Source of the DNA: Camelus dromedarius
Lineage: Eukaryota
Length of the DNA stretch: 64,000 bases
Direction of reading: 5' to 3'
Assembly (NCBI RefSeq): GCF_036321535.1
Contig: NC_087436.1
Location: 71,736,001 to 71,800,000 of the forward strand
Positions 28,201-43,300 of this stretch are shown one piece after another; within the stretch, counting starts at the first letter, position 1; each line of letters starts with the position of its first letter. A model generated the notes under the pieces. That model saw only the letters and a program-made list of their open reading frames with translations, was not told where the DNA came from and did not search any database. The translations under genes and the position numbers were made by a program.

Positions 28201-31200
28201 TATTTTGTATCTTGAACAGTTCCACAGCTATCACTTAAAATCCCTAATTACTATAAAAATTACTATAAAGAACAAGAAAATCAACAATGAAGCCTTAGAT
28301 TGTGGCCAGAATTTCAAGACTTAGAGTGGTATCTTTGCAAAACTCAAACTGTATGGCAGATGTGTACATGGATGACAATAGCTGGATGTTCAAATAGCTT
28401 TACAGTACTTTAAAAGTGTATACACACACAAAAAAGGAAGAAAGGATATTTCTAGGCTGCACTGAAATAAACAATGCAGCATAGCTCTGGACGGGTGGAA
28501 AATAAGAGTTAAGTTTAAAACATTAAAATACACTGTAGTTTATAAAAGAAGCAATCACATTTGATTTGTTAATAGTACAATTTACACAGAGAATAGTAAT
28601 CACTAGTAAACACCATGTTTATATATGAAGAGTATGGTGACATACCTGCCAATGAGAAGCTCACAGAATTTATAATGCCCTTTATCTGCTGCTATGGTTA
28701 AAGCTGTATCTCTCGAGGAGGGCACTGGAGGGGCATTAACATCAGCACCTTTATCCAAAAGGACTCGGCCCACCTCTGCATACCCACCAGAGGCAGCTTC
28801 CATTAGTGGTGTGAGGCCAGTCTAGGTTTAGTGAAAAATAAAAACATGTAAGAGATGTAAAGTACTAAAATATTAACAATAATCTGGGGGAGCAATATGG
28901 TATAGCTATTCGAAAAATTAACAACTAAATTTCAGCACTGACACTACTAGCCTCTCTCAGCCACAATGAGATCTATTGAAAGCAGATGATTCTACTTAAT
29001 GTCAATTTGTTGGGAAAAAAATTTGGCATGCAAGTACTTGGCATGTAACTGGCACTTCATAATGTTTCCTGTCTTCTCTTTCATAACAGCACAGTTTTCA
29101 GCTGGTAACTCTAATGTCATTATTACCTATAAAAATTTTTTGCTGAGGTATTTTCAAGAATGGATGCTTAGCTGAGTTATAAAGAATGACTTCTGATAAA
29201 ATGCCTTATGTAAGAGGTAACTGTTACTACAAAGTATCAGAATTATAATTAGCATATTGCTACACCTTAAATATCAAAGCAATAAATCCATGTGTAAACC
29301 TCAAGACTTTTTCTTACCTTAGCTCTGTGCTCCACATTTGCTTTTCTATCAAGCAGAAGACTAACCACTTCAGTTCTTCCTTGGAAGCAGGCTAAGGTAA
29401 GGGCAGTGTTCCGATTGGTTTCTATTTGAGCATTTATGTCAGAGCCCATGTCTAACAGGAGCTTAACGGCAGCTGTGTGCCCATTCATAGCTGCTAACAT
29501 CAGAGGAGAAATGCCCAATTTGCTACCAGTTCTGGGGGTGGAAGTATGGGGAGAACAAAAGGAAAATACACATTTTCAAATGTCCCAGAAAAATTGGATG
29601 ATAACGTGGAATTTTATTTCAGGATTTAAGGTTATTTTGCAGAATTATTTAAAATAAATCATTTTTCTCAGCCCTACTAAGTCTTTGAGATACTATCAAG
29701 ACTCCATTAGAAATCTTTTACCACTCAGAACTAAAATACTTTCTGTATCTCATTCAACATAATGACTTGGGCTGAAAAGTGATAAATTATTAAGGTATTA
29801 TTAAGATGGACTATCTATCCTAAAGTCCCAAAGTACATACCTCCTTGCTTAATAAAAACTAGTAAGTCAGATGTGTTTACTTTTAGTACCTTAAGAAATA
29901 GAGTAATTGGTAATTTTTTCAAGTTCTATTTCAACAGTTTTAAATACTTAAATTTGAATTCTAAATTTGTAACACAGGCATTTCCTAAATATGGCATTAA
30001 AAAAAAATAAGTGTTCTACAGCTATTTTAACATAACACTCTTAAGGGACTTGGAAAGAGAGAATAAAACTTGCCTAGAATTAATCTCAGCTCCTGCATTT
30101 AGTAATATTTTGATAATGTTCACATAGCCACCAGAAGCAGCCAGGCTTAGAGGTGTGTAATCAGAAACATTCCTGTGCTCTTTATTTGCCCCTCGAGCTA
30201 ATAATAGCTCCACCACCTGGAAAGAAAAAAGGAAAAAATATGTTTTCTTCTTACAGTGAGATAATCTGCAAGGTGTATATTTCTGATTTCTTTTTTTTTT
30301 TTTTCTGGTATATTATATATAGAGGGGAAGGTCCTTTCATCCTGTGTACAAAATCAGTCTCAAATGAAAGCAAAAGGTCTTAGAAGCCAACAAGGGGATA
30401 GCTTCTTAAATAAAATCCATTATGAAATCTGCTGAAATGGCACAGTCTGTTCAGTGAAAGATATGGACCTCATGTAACCCTACGCAATGCTATTTTGGAA
30501 ATTAGTATTTCTGTATTACTCCACCACATAGTGGTAAAGTAGAATAAGACTTTCATTTATATATGTAAATGCCCATAAAATTTTTTTAACTTAAAATCAA
30601 TAACTGAACGTTAGAAAAAAAATTTTTGGAATAAAGCTAACACTTTTTTCTCTAACATTTTACTATGAAAATTTTCAAGCATATAGAAAAGCTGAAAACA
30701 TTTACTCATTACCTAGATTCCACCATTAATAGTCTACTGTATTTAATTACTTAACCACATTTATTCATCTGTCCATCATTTTTTGATGCATTTCATTTCT
30801 AAGTAAACTGTAGACACCTGCAATTTCCTTTAAATACATCAGCATGTGTACCATTAACTATACTACTTGTTTTCAGGTTTTTTTAGGTGACATTTGTAAC
30901 TTTCAATAAATGCTCAAAAGTTTACTGTATATTCACTGAGTACTAACAAATGTATAAACCTAATGTAATTTAAATCTGTTACTCATGTTCCTTCCTAGTC
31001 AATCCTACCCACAGATTAGTAGTTTAATTTACGTTAAATCTTCGTATAAATGAATCACATAGCTTTTGAGAGTCACTTGTGTGTATTGTGTAGCATTCCA
31101 TTATATCAACATGCTAGTTCATCTACTGATGAACACTTCTGCTGTTTCTAGTTTTGGGTAATTTTGAATAAAATTGTTATCAACATTTCTTGTGGAAATA

Positions 31201-31292
31201 TACTTCCATTGTTCATGGGTTCCACCTAGTAGAATTTCTTATGAGGCATGATGAAATTAAGGACTGCTCAAGATCACAGCACTTATCCTTGT

Positions 31293-31323
<31 letters not shown>

Positions 31324-34300
31324 CTCCCCCAAAATACTAACTGGGAAATAACAAATAAATTTTAATGAACAGTGCTGTGTCTTATGTACCAACTAAAACT
31401 TTACTCGTCTGAATAAAGCTTTGACCAATTTTAGATGATATCTATCACTCTTGCTTATACAGCCTGTAAGACTAGATGGCTTATGTGGCTTTTAAGATTA
31501 TAAAAATAAGCCCCCAAATTGGTATTAGACTGTTTTATTTTACAAAGAGTCCCTTAAGCAATAAAGTAGAAAACCCTAATCAAATTTCTAAAGTTTTCTT
31601 AATTCCATTATGCAAAGATAACTGACTTTAGTTATCTCTGAGAGGGAATGGTCTATTCCTCAAAAGTAATACACATTCAACATGAAAGAAATTAGTTTGT
31701 GATTTTATAGTAAAATGACTTTCAAATGTTTTATTAATTACTTCAAAATACTTAACTGTTCGAATGACACTGATTCAAAGTAAGAGTGTTATCAGCAAAA
31801 TTATTACCCTAAAAGACTTCTCTAATTATTATAACCTCATCTGTTACATTTTAATAAAAATACATAAAGATTACAGTAAACTACAGGCTTTAACATTGCT
31901 TCAAAAGGAAATCAACTTTTTAACAACACTGAAAAATTTGTTATGATGTGAGACAAGTATTATTTCAAACCACATGATGATTGAAAATTTCAGTTAAGTC
32001 AAAACTTTATTTTCATTATATTTCAAAAACAAAACATTTATATTTCTGACTGACAGAATCACCTACACTATGGAATACAGGAAAAAATATTTAGAATGGT
32101 GAAATAAAAAAGAAAACGATTTTGAAGCCAAGTAGGAAACTGACCTGGATGACCTACAGTGCTTCCTAAACATAAGATTCACTAATTCCCTAATTAAGAC
32201 GCTGTCAATCCATAGAGACAGTACGACTGGTGAAGAGGATTGGATTTAAAAAACAGACTTAAAAATGAGGTTATCCAACTATTAAATGTCAGAAGACGAC
32301 ACACAAGGGAGTAAAGCTATGACTTCTTGAGCCTACAACTAAGCACACCAGCTATCTTAAAAAACTAAAAGGTCACATAATACTACCTGAGAACCTTTCC
32401 TCCAGAGTTGAGAAGGGGTGAGGAGAAAGTAAAAGACGAGTCCTCAGAACAACTAAAACTGGATTAGTCTTAACTTCCTAAGTCTTATACATACAGAGCA
32501 ACAGAGGCTGAGCTTAAGTACCTTTCATGATAGGTACGCTGGAACAGGAAATGGTGAGTGAATACAGGCCCTGCTTATCAGGAGCTTACTGATTTGATTT
32601 GGAACATCTTAATTATTCTTTTAGCCTGAATGCAATACCGAGATTCCTATGGCGGTTAGTACTTTTAGATGAGCAGGATAATGAACAACATATGATTTTT
32701 CTGGCAAGATAGCTTATGCTAACACTAATTCTTGTCCTTTTGCTAAAAGATAATAATCTAAGTTACTGTGATAAATCTTAATGTCTGTTCACTGTTCCCA
32801 CAAAATCATATAAATTAAAGCATATATCTGTTAAATAGATGGAGGAAAAAAAAATACACTTGGGACAGCAATACCTCCTGCCTTCCCCCAGAACAAGCCA
32901 AAGATAGCGGTGTGTCCTTGGTTCTTTCTGACTGGGCTTCAATGTCTGCACCATTGTCCAGCAGTATTTCCACAACACCAACATGACCAGCTGTAGCAGC
33001 CAAGATGAGTGGAGTAAAACCTGTAGTAAAATAATGATCTTCTTAGCTAAGCAAGGAACAATACTGTTTTCCACTGTATCTAATCATCCAAACAGAGCTC
33101 ATGCAGAATTCACAGAACACAAATAATCCAGAAAAAAATAATTAACAAAAGTAGGCTCTACCTTTCTTGTCTCGGTGCTCAATACTAGCTCCTCTCTCTA
33201 GCAGTGTTTGTACCAGTTCCTCATGACCACCAGCACAGGCAAGTGTTAGTGCTGTGTCATGATTACTCTCAGTCTGTTTAAAAAACAAGCAAACAAACAA
33301 ACAAAACCTGTTGATTAACTTATTAGATAATTTTAGAATGTTAACACCAATTACATAACATGTACATATACCAAATATACACAGAGATATATATATATCT
33401 ATCACTATATCAAACATTTGGATAGTGAGTCATTTTTTCTCATTAGTGGTCAACTTATGATTTTTTAAAGACTACAAATAATATTTGAACTTTATGGTGA
33501 TTCTTAAAGCATGCAAGAAGAAAAAGTGTGATTTTCAACCATATGCTGTTTTCAACTACATGTTTAAGAAATACTACTGTGGACTCACTTTTCCTTCCAC
33601 CTGCAAATGGAGTAGCATAGACAAGGTTTATTTTCCTAACCCAAATGACAAAAAAAAGACAAACTATTTGAAATGATGGTGGTTAGGCAGTATATGACAA
33701 CGATCTTGGAGGAGAGAAATGATTAACTCATTCGATTGCCTAGAGAGTTTCCAGGCTAAAGTGCAGGGCAAGGGTACCCAAACAGAGTCTGGCAGTCTCC
33801 CTGAGTTGAAAAGACTGAATTTGGAGAGGTGAAGATGGCTAGCATTTACTGGGCAAACTATTGGAGAGGAAGGTGCTATACACAGAGAGTACTCCAGGGA
33901 TCTGCAGAGGGTTCCCCTTGAAGCTTCAGCTGAGCTCTGATCAGCATACATGCATGAGAAAAATTACTGGAGGCCAAGGAAAGACCACCAGAAAGAATCA
34001 GGCTGAACAACACCTAAAGCTTATACAGGGCTGGGAATAGTTTGGTTCCCAGAACCAGAGTTGAAAGACCCTTAAAACACACAGAATATCAAGTAAAATC
34101 CTCAGCAGTGGGGCCAAATTTGCTATTCTGGACCCATCCAACAAAGCTGAAAAGCAAGTGTTAAAATGAAAAAATTGTTTCCAAGTAACTTAACTGTATT
34201 TGAGGAACAAAGCTACTAAAAATTTAAAGGAACAGCAGCAACAACAACAAAAAAACATAATATACAGAGTATTTTGAAAGACAAAGACTTATAATTGAGA

Positions 34301-37300
34301 CATGAGACTGTTCATATACAATTGTGACTTCTGCCAATGATAGTGACCAATACTGGATTTACTAGTGGTTAAACCCTATCATAGTTTAAACACTTATTTA
34401 GTGAACTAATTTCTTACACTTTTAGTACTCTAAGCTTATATTGTTCAAAAAAAAAAAAACTAGCAACATGTGGCTATTAGTACTTAAGATATTGCTAGTG
34501 TGACTGAAGAACTAAATTTCAATATTTTATTTAATTTTAATTAATTTAAATTTAAAAACTGTTAATTCAATTTGATTATTAAAAACCTTTTTTTGTATGT
34601 TTGGAGCAACTTGAGTAATGAATCTACTTTTCCAGCCGTATTTAACCAATCTAAACGCAAATCAAGTATTTCCAATGAAGTCCAAGTTGAGATTCATTTT
34701 AAATAGGGTAGCAAACCATCTGGATTTGCACAGGATGGAGGGAGTTTCTGGGATGAGGGACTTTTGGTACTAAAATCAGGAAAGTCCCAGGAAAACCAGG
34801 ATGATTGGACCATTCTAGGCTTAGTGTTAACATATACACCAAATTTTGAAGACATTTAGTGTAAAATAAAAATATAAACTACCTCAGTAACTTTTTGGTA
34901 TTGATTATATGTTTAAACAATATTATGGATATATTATGTTAAATAAAATATATTCTTAAAATTAATTCCTCCTATTTCTTTTTGCTTTTTTAAATGTGGC
35001 TACCAGAAAATGTAAAATTACAAGCCCTGCATTATTTTTCTATTGTACAATCCTGTTCTAAACCATCTTCCCGCTTTTACATATGCACCTCTATTACAGC
35101 ATTTATCACCAATCTTCATTATGCTATTATTACTTATGTGTCTATTATCCTCAAAGGACTATAAATTCCTGGAAGGTAATGAACATGTCTTATTTATGTT
35201 TGCATTCTCTACCTATTAGTAATGTTTTGCCTAGGAAACAATAAATAATAGTTAAGTTGAATGAATGACAATTAGCTGTAAGGGTCACAGATTCAAAGAC
35301 TATCACTAATAAAGCAAAGGACTATATATATGAAATATTTATTTATTATGTTTATGTAATATAAAAAGAAAAGCATATTCTTCCAGAAGTTCAATAACTG
35401 TAAAAACTAAGCTCTATTATGAAAACCCAAATAATGAGACAAAAGGCAAAAATCAATAGAGTCAAGAAATAAGAAAAAGCCTACTAGTCAGTGATGAAGA
35501 GGGAGACCGCAAAAGCTGCTCTGCAGAAGAGGCTGGCAGAGAGCTGAGCCACTGACTGCAGAGATCAGGAATGGCCACAAGGGAGAGATGCACCAACTAC
35601 AACAATGGAGAAGGACATGAATACTTAAATGAGTGACAGCTCTGATTGTTTTATAGTATCTGATCTTTATTTCAGGTTTATAAGGAAGGAATTACTATAT
35701 CTGATTTCAGAGAAAAGGAAACAAAGGTCAGAGAAATAATCTTCCAACGGTCATACACACTAATAACTGGTAAAGACTGGTGTAAAAAAAAAAAAAGAGG
35801 ATGTTGGATAACAGAATGCTGCTTTCTCTATTACATCACAGAGCAGCCCTAAGACACAGCTGACTGAGAGGAATATAATGTTAAGTGTATCTATATTATG
35901 TGCTCTCTATGTTAGTGTACAGACAATCAATAGAACAGTATAAACTTTATGATGAAGTTTGTGAGATTTCTAAAAATCTTCTGGGGGTTAAAGAGCACTT
36001 TAGGAAATCAGTGCCAATCTTAATAGAGAATGAATAGACAAGTAAAAAGGTAAGCATGGAAAATTTTAGTGGATTCGTATAATTTGGGTTTTTTCCACAT
36101 TATAAAACATCAATTTAATTGACATTTATTAAACACCTTTTATATTCAAAGTACTCTGCTAGGTACTCCAGGGTTGACAAAGTAAACACAGTTCCTGCTC
36201 ACTAGGAGTTTACTGGTTACTGTACAGGGCAAATTTAGGTTTAGACTTTGAGAGAAATGTAAACACTGTAGTATGAGAGTTGAAGGAAAAAAATATTTAA
36301 AGCTGAGAAGGGGGGGCATTAATCAAATTCCTTGGGGGACTTAAGAATAGATAACCACTATATTTCTGCATTAAGGAGTAATTTAAGCAACTAATTTTAT
36401 GACAATCTTTTTAAGACAGTAATAAAAGAATTTAAAGATTCTAAAGTGAGGCTTCTACCCCTACCCAAATACACACCTACACATTCCCAAAATGGTAAGA
36501 AATATTATCCTAATTTGTAATACATCAAGAAACAAATGAACTGAAGTAGTAGTCTGGGTTAAAATTAACAATGACCAAAAAGGTACAGAAAAAAATTTCT
36601 AATCAAGGAAATAATGATAACAATGTAGGTGATGACTTCCTAGAAGGCAAAATAACACTGAAGTCAAGTTATATTATACTCGTTACCAAGTCTCATTCTT
36701 GGTCATATATCTATGAGGAACCTGGAAAGGAGAAAGATGCCCAGAGCTTTCCAGGTGTACAGTAAAAAGAAAATTTCCATTTAGCTCACAATATCACAAA
36801 ACATACCATTCTATATCATAACATGTTGTTACAATGATTCAGGCTCATGAAAAATGATAAAATTATATTCAATGCAAAAATATTCTATAGGTTATCAGCA
36901 TGACTATTCAATTTTACAAGAGTACAAAACCAAGAAAGTATTATAAGACAGATGAAATATTAAAGAAAAAGGCAACTTTTAATGAACTGGAATGTAAGTG
37001 AAAAAAACATACCTGAACTGTCTATAAAAAGGAAATATATCCATTAATCACATTTAACGTAATTAAATTACTTAGAAAACTATTAGGACTTAAAGGGCTG
37101 AAGACCCTTTTTTAGATCTCTATAATCTCAAACATCTCTTTCTCTAACCATGTCAGGGGTCATATATAAGATTAAAAAGGATAGTACTTCAGGGCATTCA
37201 ACAAATGAGAATAATCAGTAAAACAGTAAATAAAATCTCTAAAACACTTCATATAAACAAGCAGAATTTCTGCAAGTATTTTAAAGGAGAATACTTCAAT

Positions 37301-40300
37301 GGCAGTGTATTATATATCACTATTAATTCATTCTTCCTGGTCTCCTTAATTTCTCTTGTTAAATCATGGTGATGAAAGTGTTCTCTGTGTTGCAAAAGCA
37401 GGAAAAGAGAGTAATATCCAAATAATATTTATACCATTAAAGGTAAAACATAATTTTACATACTTTACAATGTCAGTCTTGATAAGTAAGTTAAATTTAA
37501 TATCTATCTATCTTTAAAAGATAATGGATGTATGTTATTTATTAAAAACAGGAAAAAAGGAAAAATTACATAGGTTATTTTTTTCATTTTTGAGATGTAC
37601 AAGAAGAAGTTACTCCAAGTTCAAGGAAAGCCTTTATAATAAATTTGAGAATAAAATGACAAGCAGTTCAGAACTGGAACACAAGTTCAGTTCATGCCAG
37701 AAACACAAGGTTTTAGAACCCATGAACAGAACAACTGATTCTCCACTTTTAGTAACTAGTAGAGCTAGTAAAAATTTCACACAGTGAAATACAGAAAATA
37801 TTTAATTAATTCAGTGGTATTCAACTCTGACCTTCAACCAGATTTACTGTCTCATAAAACCAGTGGTTCTTAAAAATCTCTACATGATTCCTAATTTCTG
37901 TATCTAGAGTACCCATGTATAGTGTCATTATACCACTCAAGCAAAATAAAAACAGATTATACCTGTTAACAAAATGGACAGTAAAACAGTCCCAAATAAT
38001 TCCTTCAAACTATCATTTATTGATGTTTCCTAAATTTTGGAAACAGCAGTGTATGGTATTAGTCTTAAAAATTTTGAAAATACCCAGACAAACTTGATTC
38101 AGTAAGACCACTACAAGAGAGGTGGGGAGCCTGTGACACACACACCAAGGGTGATTTCTAATTATAAAACATACGATTCAATGAACCTTATAAAGAATGT
38201 AAACTCTTATCTTCAGCATTCTTTGAGGTTCAGAAATTATACATTTGAGTCCAGCTAATTCTTATTTGAAATATGAGTTCCCTAATATGCTCAAAAGATC
38301 ATTTTTCATAAATCATTAGCATTTGAAAAAAGATTTATACACTAAAGCTTTAAAAAATTAATTTATTTTGTTCTTCCTTAAATTAAGATTTATGGTAAAT
38401 ATGCAGTATGGCCAAGGAAATATGCCAAAAAGATGCAAAGATTAAAGACCCATGATCCTTTGCTACCTAGACAGACCCATTTTCTAGATTCTAGACTCAG
38501 AGGGTTTTTTGTTTTGTTTTGTTTTGTTTGAAAGCTGGCTTCACCAAAAATTATCTGTTAGGCAAGGTCTCTTTCCTCACCTGTAAAATGGGAATAGTAA
38601 CAGTACCTACTTCATGAGATTGTTATAGAGATAAAGTTAAAGAAGTTAGTGTCTGTAAAGTGTTAAGAATGTACATGTTAAGTTTTGTTAAATAAACGAA
38701 AGATCCAGTTAATTAAAGAATGTTTAATCTTTCAAGCTAGAGGAAAAATCTTGGTATTAATTTTTTCATTACATCACCTATCTGTAATGGCACAGTATTG
38801 TCACACATAAATCAAAATAACCATTATGTAAAATTTCATGGGATTTTTATTTGAGAATCTAGAAAAAACTTCAGATGGATTTAGCACAAAAGAATCTTTA
38901 ATTTAACACTTAAAGTACCTGTTTGGTATCATAAAAACTAGTAAACTAAAAAACAAAAAATACAAAACAAACAAATAAAAAAACACACTACACTGAAAAT
39001 TAAAAAAAAATAGTGAACAACTATTTCTGAATATTTATTTTATATTATGCTTTCTCAAACAGGAATTTTCTAATGTCTAATTATGCAATTACGGTAAACT
39101 CCAAGAAAAGTACTGTAACTCATATTAGGCTAACCCAACTGAAAAACCTCGATGTAAAGACCAGATAAAAAAGAAGCAGATTTTTATGGAGCCAAACGCA
39201 AATCTTTTTACATTAAGTATGTCTACTGCATTTAAAATGTTATTTTTTTAAAATTAACATTTTAAAAGTATTTAAATGTAACTTAACAGAAATTAACTTA
39301 TGGTTGGTTTAGTGGTATAGTCAGATAAAATTTCACCATCACTATAACAATTTCAAATTCAATAAAATCATGAACATACTTGGTGGAAACTTCTCTGCAG
39401 CTGTTTCATTTAAAGGCCTTTTAAAAAAAGAAATCCATTTATATTTTGGTGAAGTTTTTACTTTTCCTTATGGCTCAATTTTTGATCCCACAAAAATTAG
39501 AAAATATACTTCTGGTTAAAACATTTACAAACTCAGCAAAAAAGATTAGAGGAAAATAATGCAAATTCAATAAAAAGTTCCATTCAATTTTACAATGCTG
39601 TCAATATGAAATGTAAACCATTGTGGTTTATCAAATGAATGTCTCATATTTATTTGTATAGTTGTTCTGTATAGTATGATATTTGTAAGGGCGTTTTTGA
39701 AATCAAATCAACCTAAATTTGACACCCAGCCCCACCACTTCTTGGTTAAAAAAAGTGATTGTAAGCAAAATGCTTTTTCCTCTCTTAGCCTCAGTTTCTT
39801 TATCAGGAAAATGGATGTTCAAGAGTAGCTACTGATATGTGTAGTCTGCAGAATGAATGAGGTTATTCCTTAAAAATAGCCCCTGACACTTTTAAGAGCT
39901 CCAAAAAAGTTAGCTCATATAAAACAATAAATATTTGAGAAGCAAGTAAGAACAGAAATACAATTTCCTTTTCACAGTATTGATCGACTGATTGATTGAT
40001 TGATTAATTGTCACATTTTAATGAAAAGGAAGCTTTATTTTCAATAGTTTAAGAGTATAGGCCTTTAATAGTCCAATAATATACACATTCTCTCTCCCCT
40101 AAAATTTACGTTTATAAAGAACTGATCACTTATAAGACCATAAGTTTTATAATGTACACCACCACCCTCACACTAGTCCCCCAACTAGGTATTAATTAAA
40201 ACTAAATAAACTACAAACATTTCTCAGCCCTGAAGAAGGTCATATACACCCTTACCTCATTCAGCAGTCTTCTAAGCTAGGCCTCTCGGCATTTCTTCAG

Positions 40301-43300
40301 GACAAAACACAAGCTATCCTCTCTTCTCCAACCTCACTTTGCTCTAAGATTTCACAGTAAACTAATTTCTTTAAAAAACTTTTTTTAAAAAAACTTAACA
40401 GTGTTATAGACAGACACATAGACTCACTACATACTACAGCCAGCAAGAACAGACACACAGACTCACTATATATTACAGCCAGCAAATTCAGAATTTTCAA
40501 AGAATATAAATGCAAGTGAGAGTATATGATATATAAATGAAAGAACCTCTTCTTTTATGTGTAATCCGTTATGAATTTCAAAACATCTTCTAAAACTCAT
40601 ATTCTAATTTAAGTTTAGAAGAAAATACACACTAATCTTAATTAAGTAAGTTCTTTCTTTTTACATCTTGTTCTAAAGTTTAAAGAAAAATAGATTACTT
40701 GACCTCGGAAAATAGATCTTCATGATAATTATCAGTAACAATCTATATTTGATATTTTGTCTTTAAATGTGGATTCTAATCATTCTGTAACTGTGGCTCA
40801 GGTCTTTGCTCAGAGATAAACAGTCTAAGATTTTAAATCAATGATTAATGCTTGTAATGTAATGATGATATAATTCCAGTTAAAAACCATCACTCCTGAG
40901 TCTGGAGCTTACCTGTGCATCAATATCAATGGCAGGGTAGATAGGAAGCATGGCTGAAGGAGAGATGATAGGACTTGGAGTTGGAGTCTGAGGTTGGGAA
41001 ATGGAAGCAGCAATACTGTGGGTAGGAGTGTTTGACATTGCAGATGCTCTTCCACTGACTGCTGTTGAACAAAATAACTGCACTTAATAAGGATGAAACA
41101 TTGTTAGGTAACAGTAAGAAATAATTATTAGAAAATATTTAAAGACCTTTAAAAACAAAATGTCTACAGGTAGACTGCCATAGCACTAAGAACTCATTTT
41201 CTCGGTTATTTCTGACACTGGACAACAGTCCAAAATGAAAATGTATATTGAGAGTAACTTATTTACAAAAGACAGATTTCCCTCTTACAGTATGTAATCA
41301 TAAAACCTTAATTCAAAATAACCCTGAAAACAAAAGTATTTTTATGAATTAAATATAGATGCAAATGGTTGTCCATTATATCTTCGTAATCAGAAAAGGA
41401 ATAAAATATAAAATAGTCAAGTTCAGAAGGAGGAAAATGTGACTTTTACTTGCCAATTTCACACTTTTTATTCTAGAACTAATAAAAGTGGTATCACTGG
41501 GGAGAACTTTGCTATTCAATATTTAAAATACTTCCTACTGTTTCATTAACTGCAGACAGCGGGTAGCCCTCAGTATGACAGCATATATATGAAAATTTGA
41601 TCCTCACACAGAAGTAGTTTCTCACATATAGAATTATTCTGACGGGCATAAAATGCCCACCAATCAATCCAGCAATCACACTGATGCATGAGGACAAAAT
41701 TTATAGATTAGGGTAGAAATAAACTTATGCATACAATCATCTTTCAAATATAAATTATTGTTAGTTCTTGTAAGTATAATTTTGCCACAACATTATTTTT
41801 ACCAAAATAAGCAAATTAAGAAGGGGCTAATTAGATCAGTACTTGAGATGGGAAAATTCTCAAGGTGGTAGCAGTTGAGGGTACTTTATTCCCTCATCAA
41901 CTAACTTCTGGAGTTGATATGTGAACATCAATCCTTTTTCCCTCTTATTAAAAATGATATAGCACTAAAGTCTGGGCATTAATCTTTGAATGAGCAGCAG
42001 TAGTGTGGATGTGTATTATCAATGTAGTTATCAACTACATCAGACAGAAAACAATCATGAGTCACAACTGGATCTGAAACCAGGTAAAAGAGGTTATGTT
42101 CCTGCCAAGAACAAAACTGATATTGACCTTATTATAACACAATTATAAACATGACTGTCAGTTAAGAAATCTATTTTACATGAAATCCTTAGTTCAGGCA
42201 CAAACATACACTATACATTATAGCAACACACATTCTGTAATTATACATTTTTAAGCCACTTAAAAGCCAAAGGAAAAGCAAAGGAGGAAACAAAACAAAA
42301 CAAAACAAAACACTGTTTGAATCCTTAAGGATCCAATAGAAAAGGGCATGTACTAATATGTTAAATTAATCATCTATTGACCTCGATATTGGTACTCTAT
42401 TGGTAGTTTTGTATATTAAGATCAAGATAATTCAAATGTACACATTCTAGATATAAATTTCAAAACCATATAAAATCTATGGCTCTTAAAATAGATTCCA
42501 TATTCTCCTTTTATTAGATTGATTTTTACAAATGAAAATGCTAAATACAAAAATCAGCTTAGAATGAACACCAATCTGTCCAAAGAACTGATTTTTATTT
42601 CATACTAAACAAAAAAACTAAGTTTTATTGTTAAATGACTAAATGATAATTTACATTTCAATTGGAATAAGTTCTTTTAAAGAACATACTAAAATTAGTT
42701 TTCTTATTTTTGGTCAAACTGGTTGTTCTCACCACCTCATCTAAAAGAAGACAGGAAAAATCAATTCCCTCATTTCATTTCCTTTACTGCTTGTCACTCA
42801 TCCATTCTCTACAGTTAAAAGTAACAATTGTAAATATGAAGGTACGTCAAGGAACTCTGGTACAGGTCTTTACATGTGGAACTTCATTTTAGGGTTGGAT
42901 TTCAGAGGGGAAAACCAGATACTCAGAGGAGTTTTAACATCAGGTAAGGAAAGAGGGAACTTGGGAGCACAGCAAAGGAAAGGTGTTAAGACTGCTTAAG
43001 CACGGAACCAATTTTGCTTTGACTAGTACAGAAACCAGGGAAGATGGAAGATTTTGGCCAGCCAAGTACTAGAGAAAAAGAGATTTAACCTTGTAAGAGC
43101 AGTCTAATAAATGGAGACTAAGGAATAAAGAACAGAGCTTATGCTGAAGGAGGGAAGGAAGACTGAACTTAATGAAGCTGTAAGATATTAAAAACCCAAA
43201 GAAAGAAATGGAAATGGTCATTAGTCAACTGAAAGAACAAGTACTACCACAGAAGAACTTTAAAGAAAGGCTGTGGAGGTGAGTATATGAGTATATGTGT

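Noticed and set aside
40410..40485. Direct repeats as a CRISPR-like array
   Set aside because: There are only two adjacent copies, no spacers and no cas genes, in a mammalian intron.
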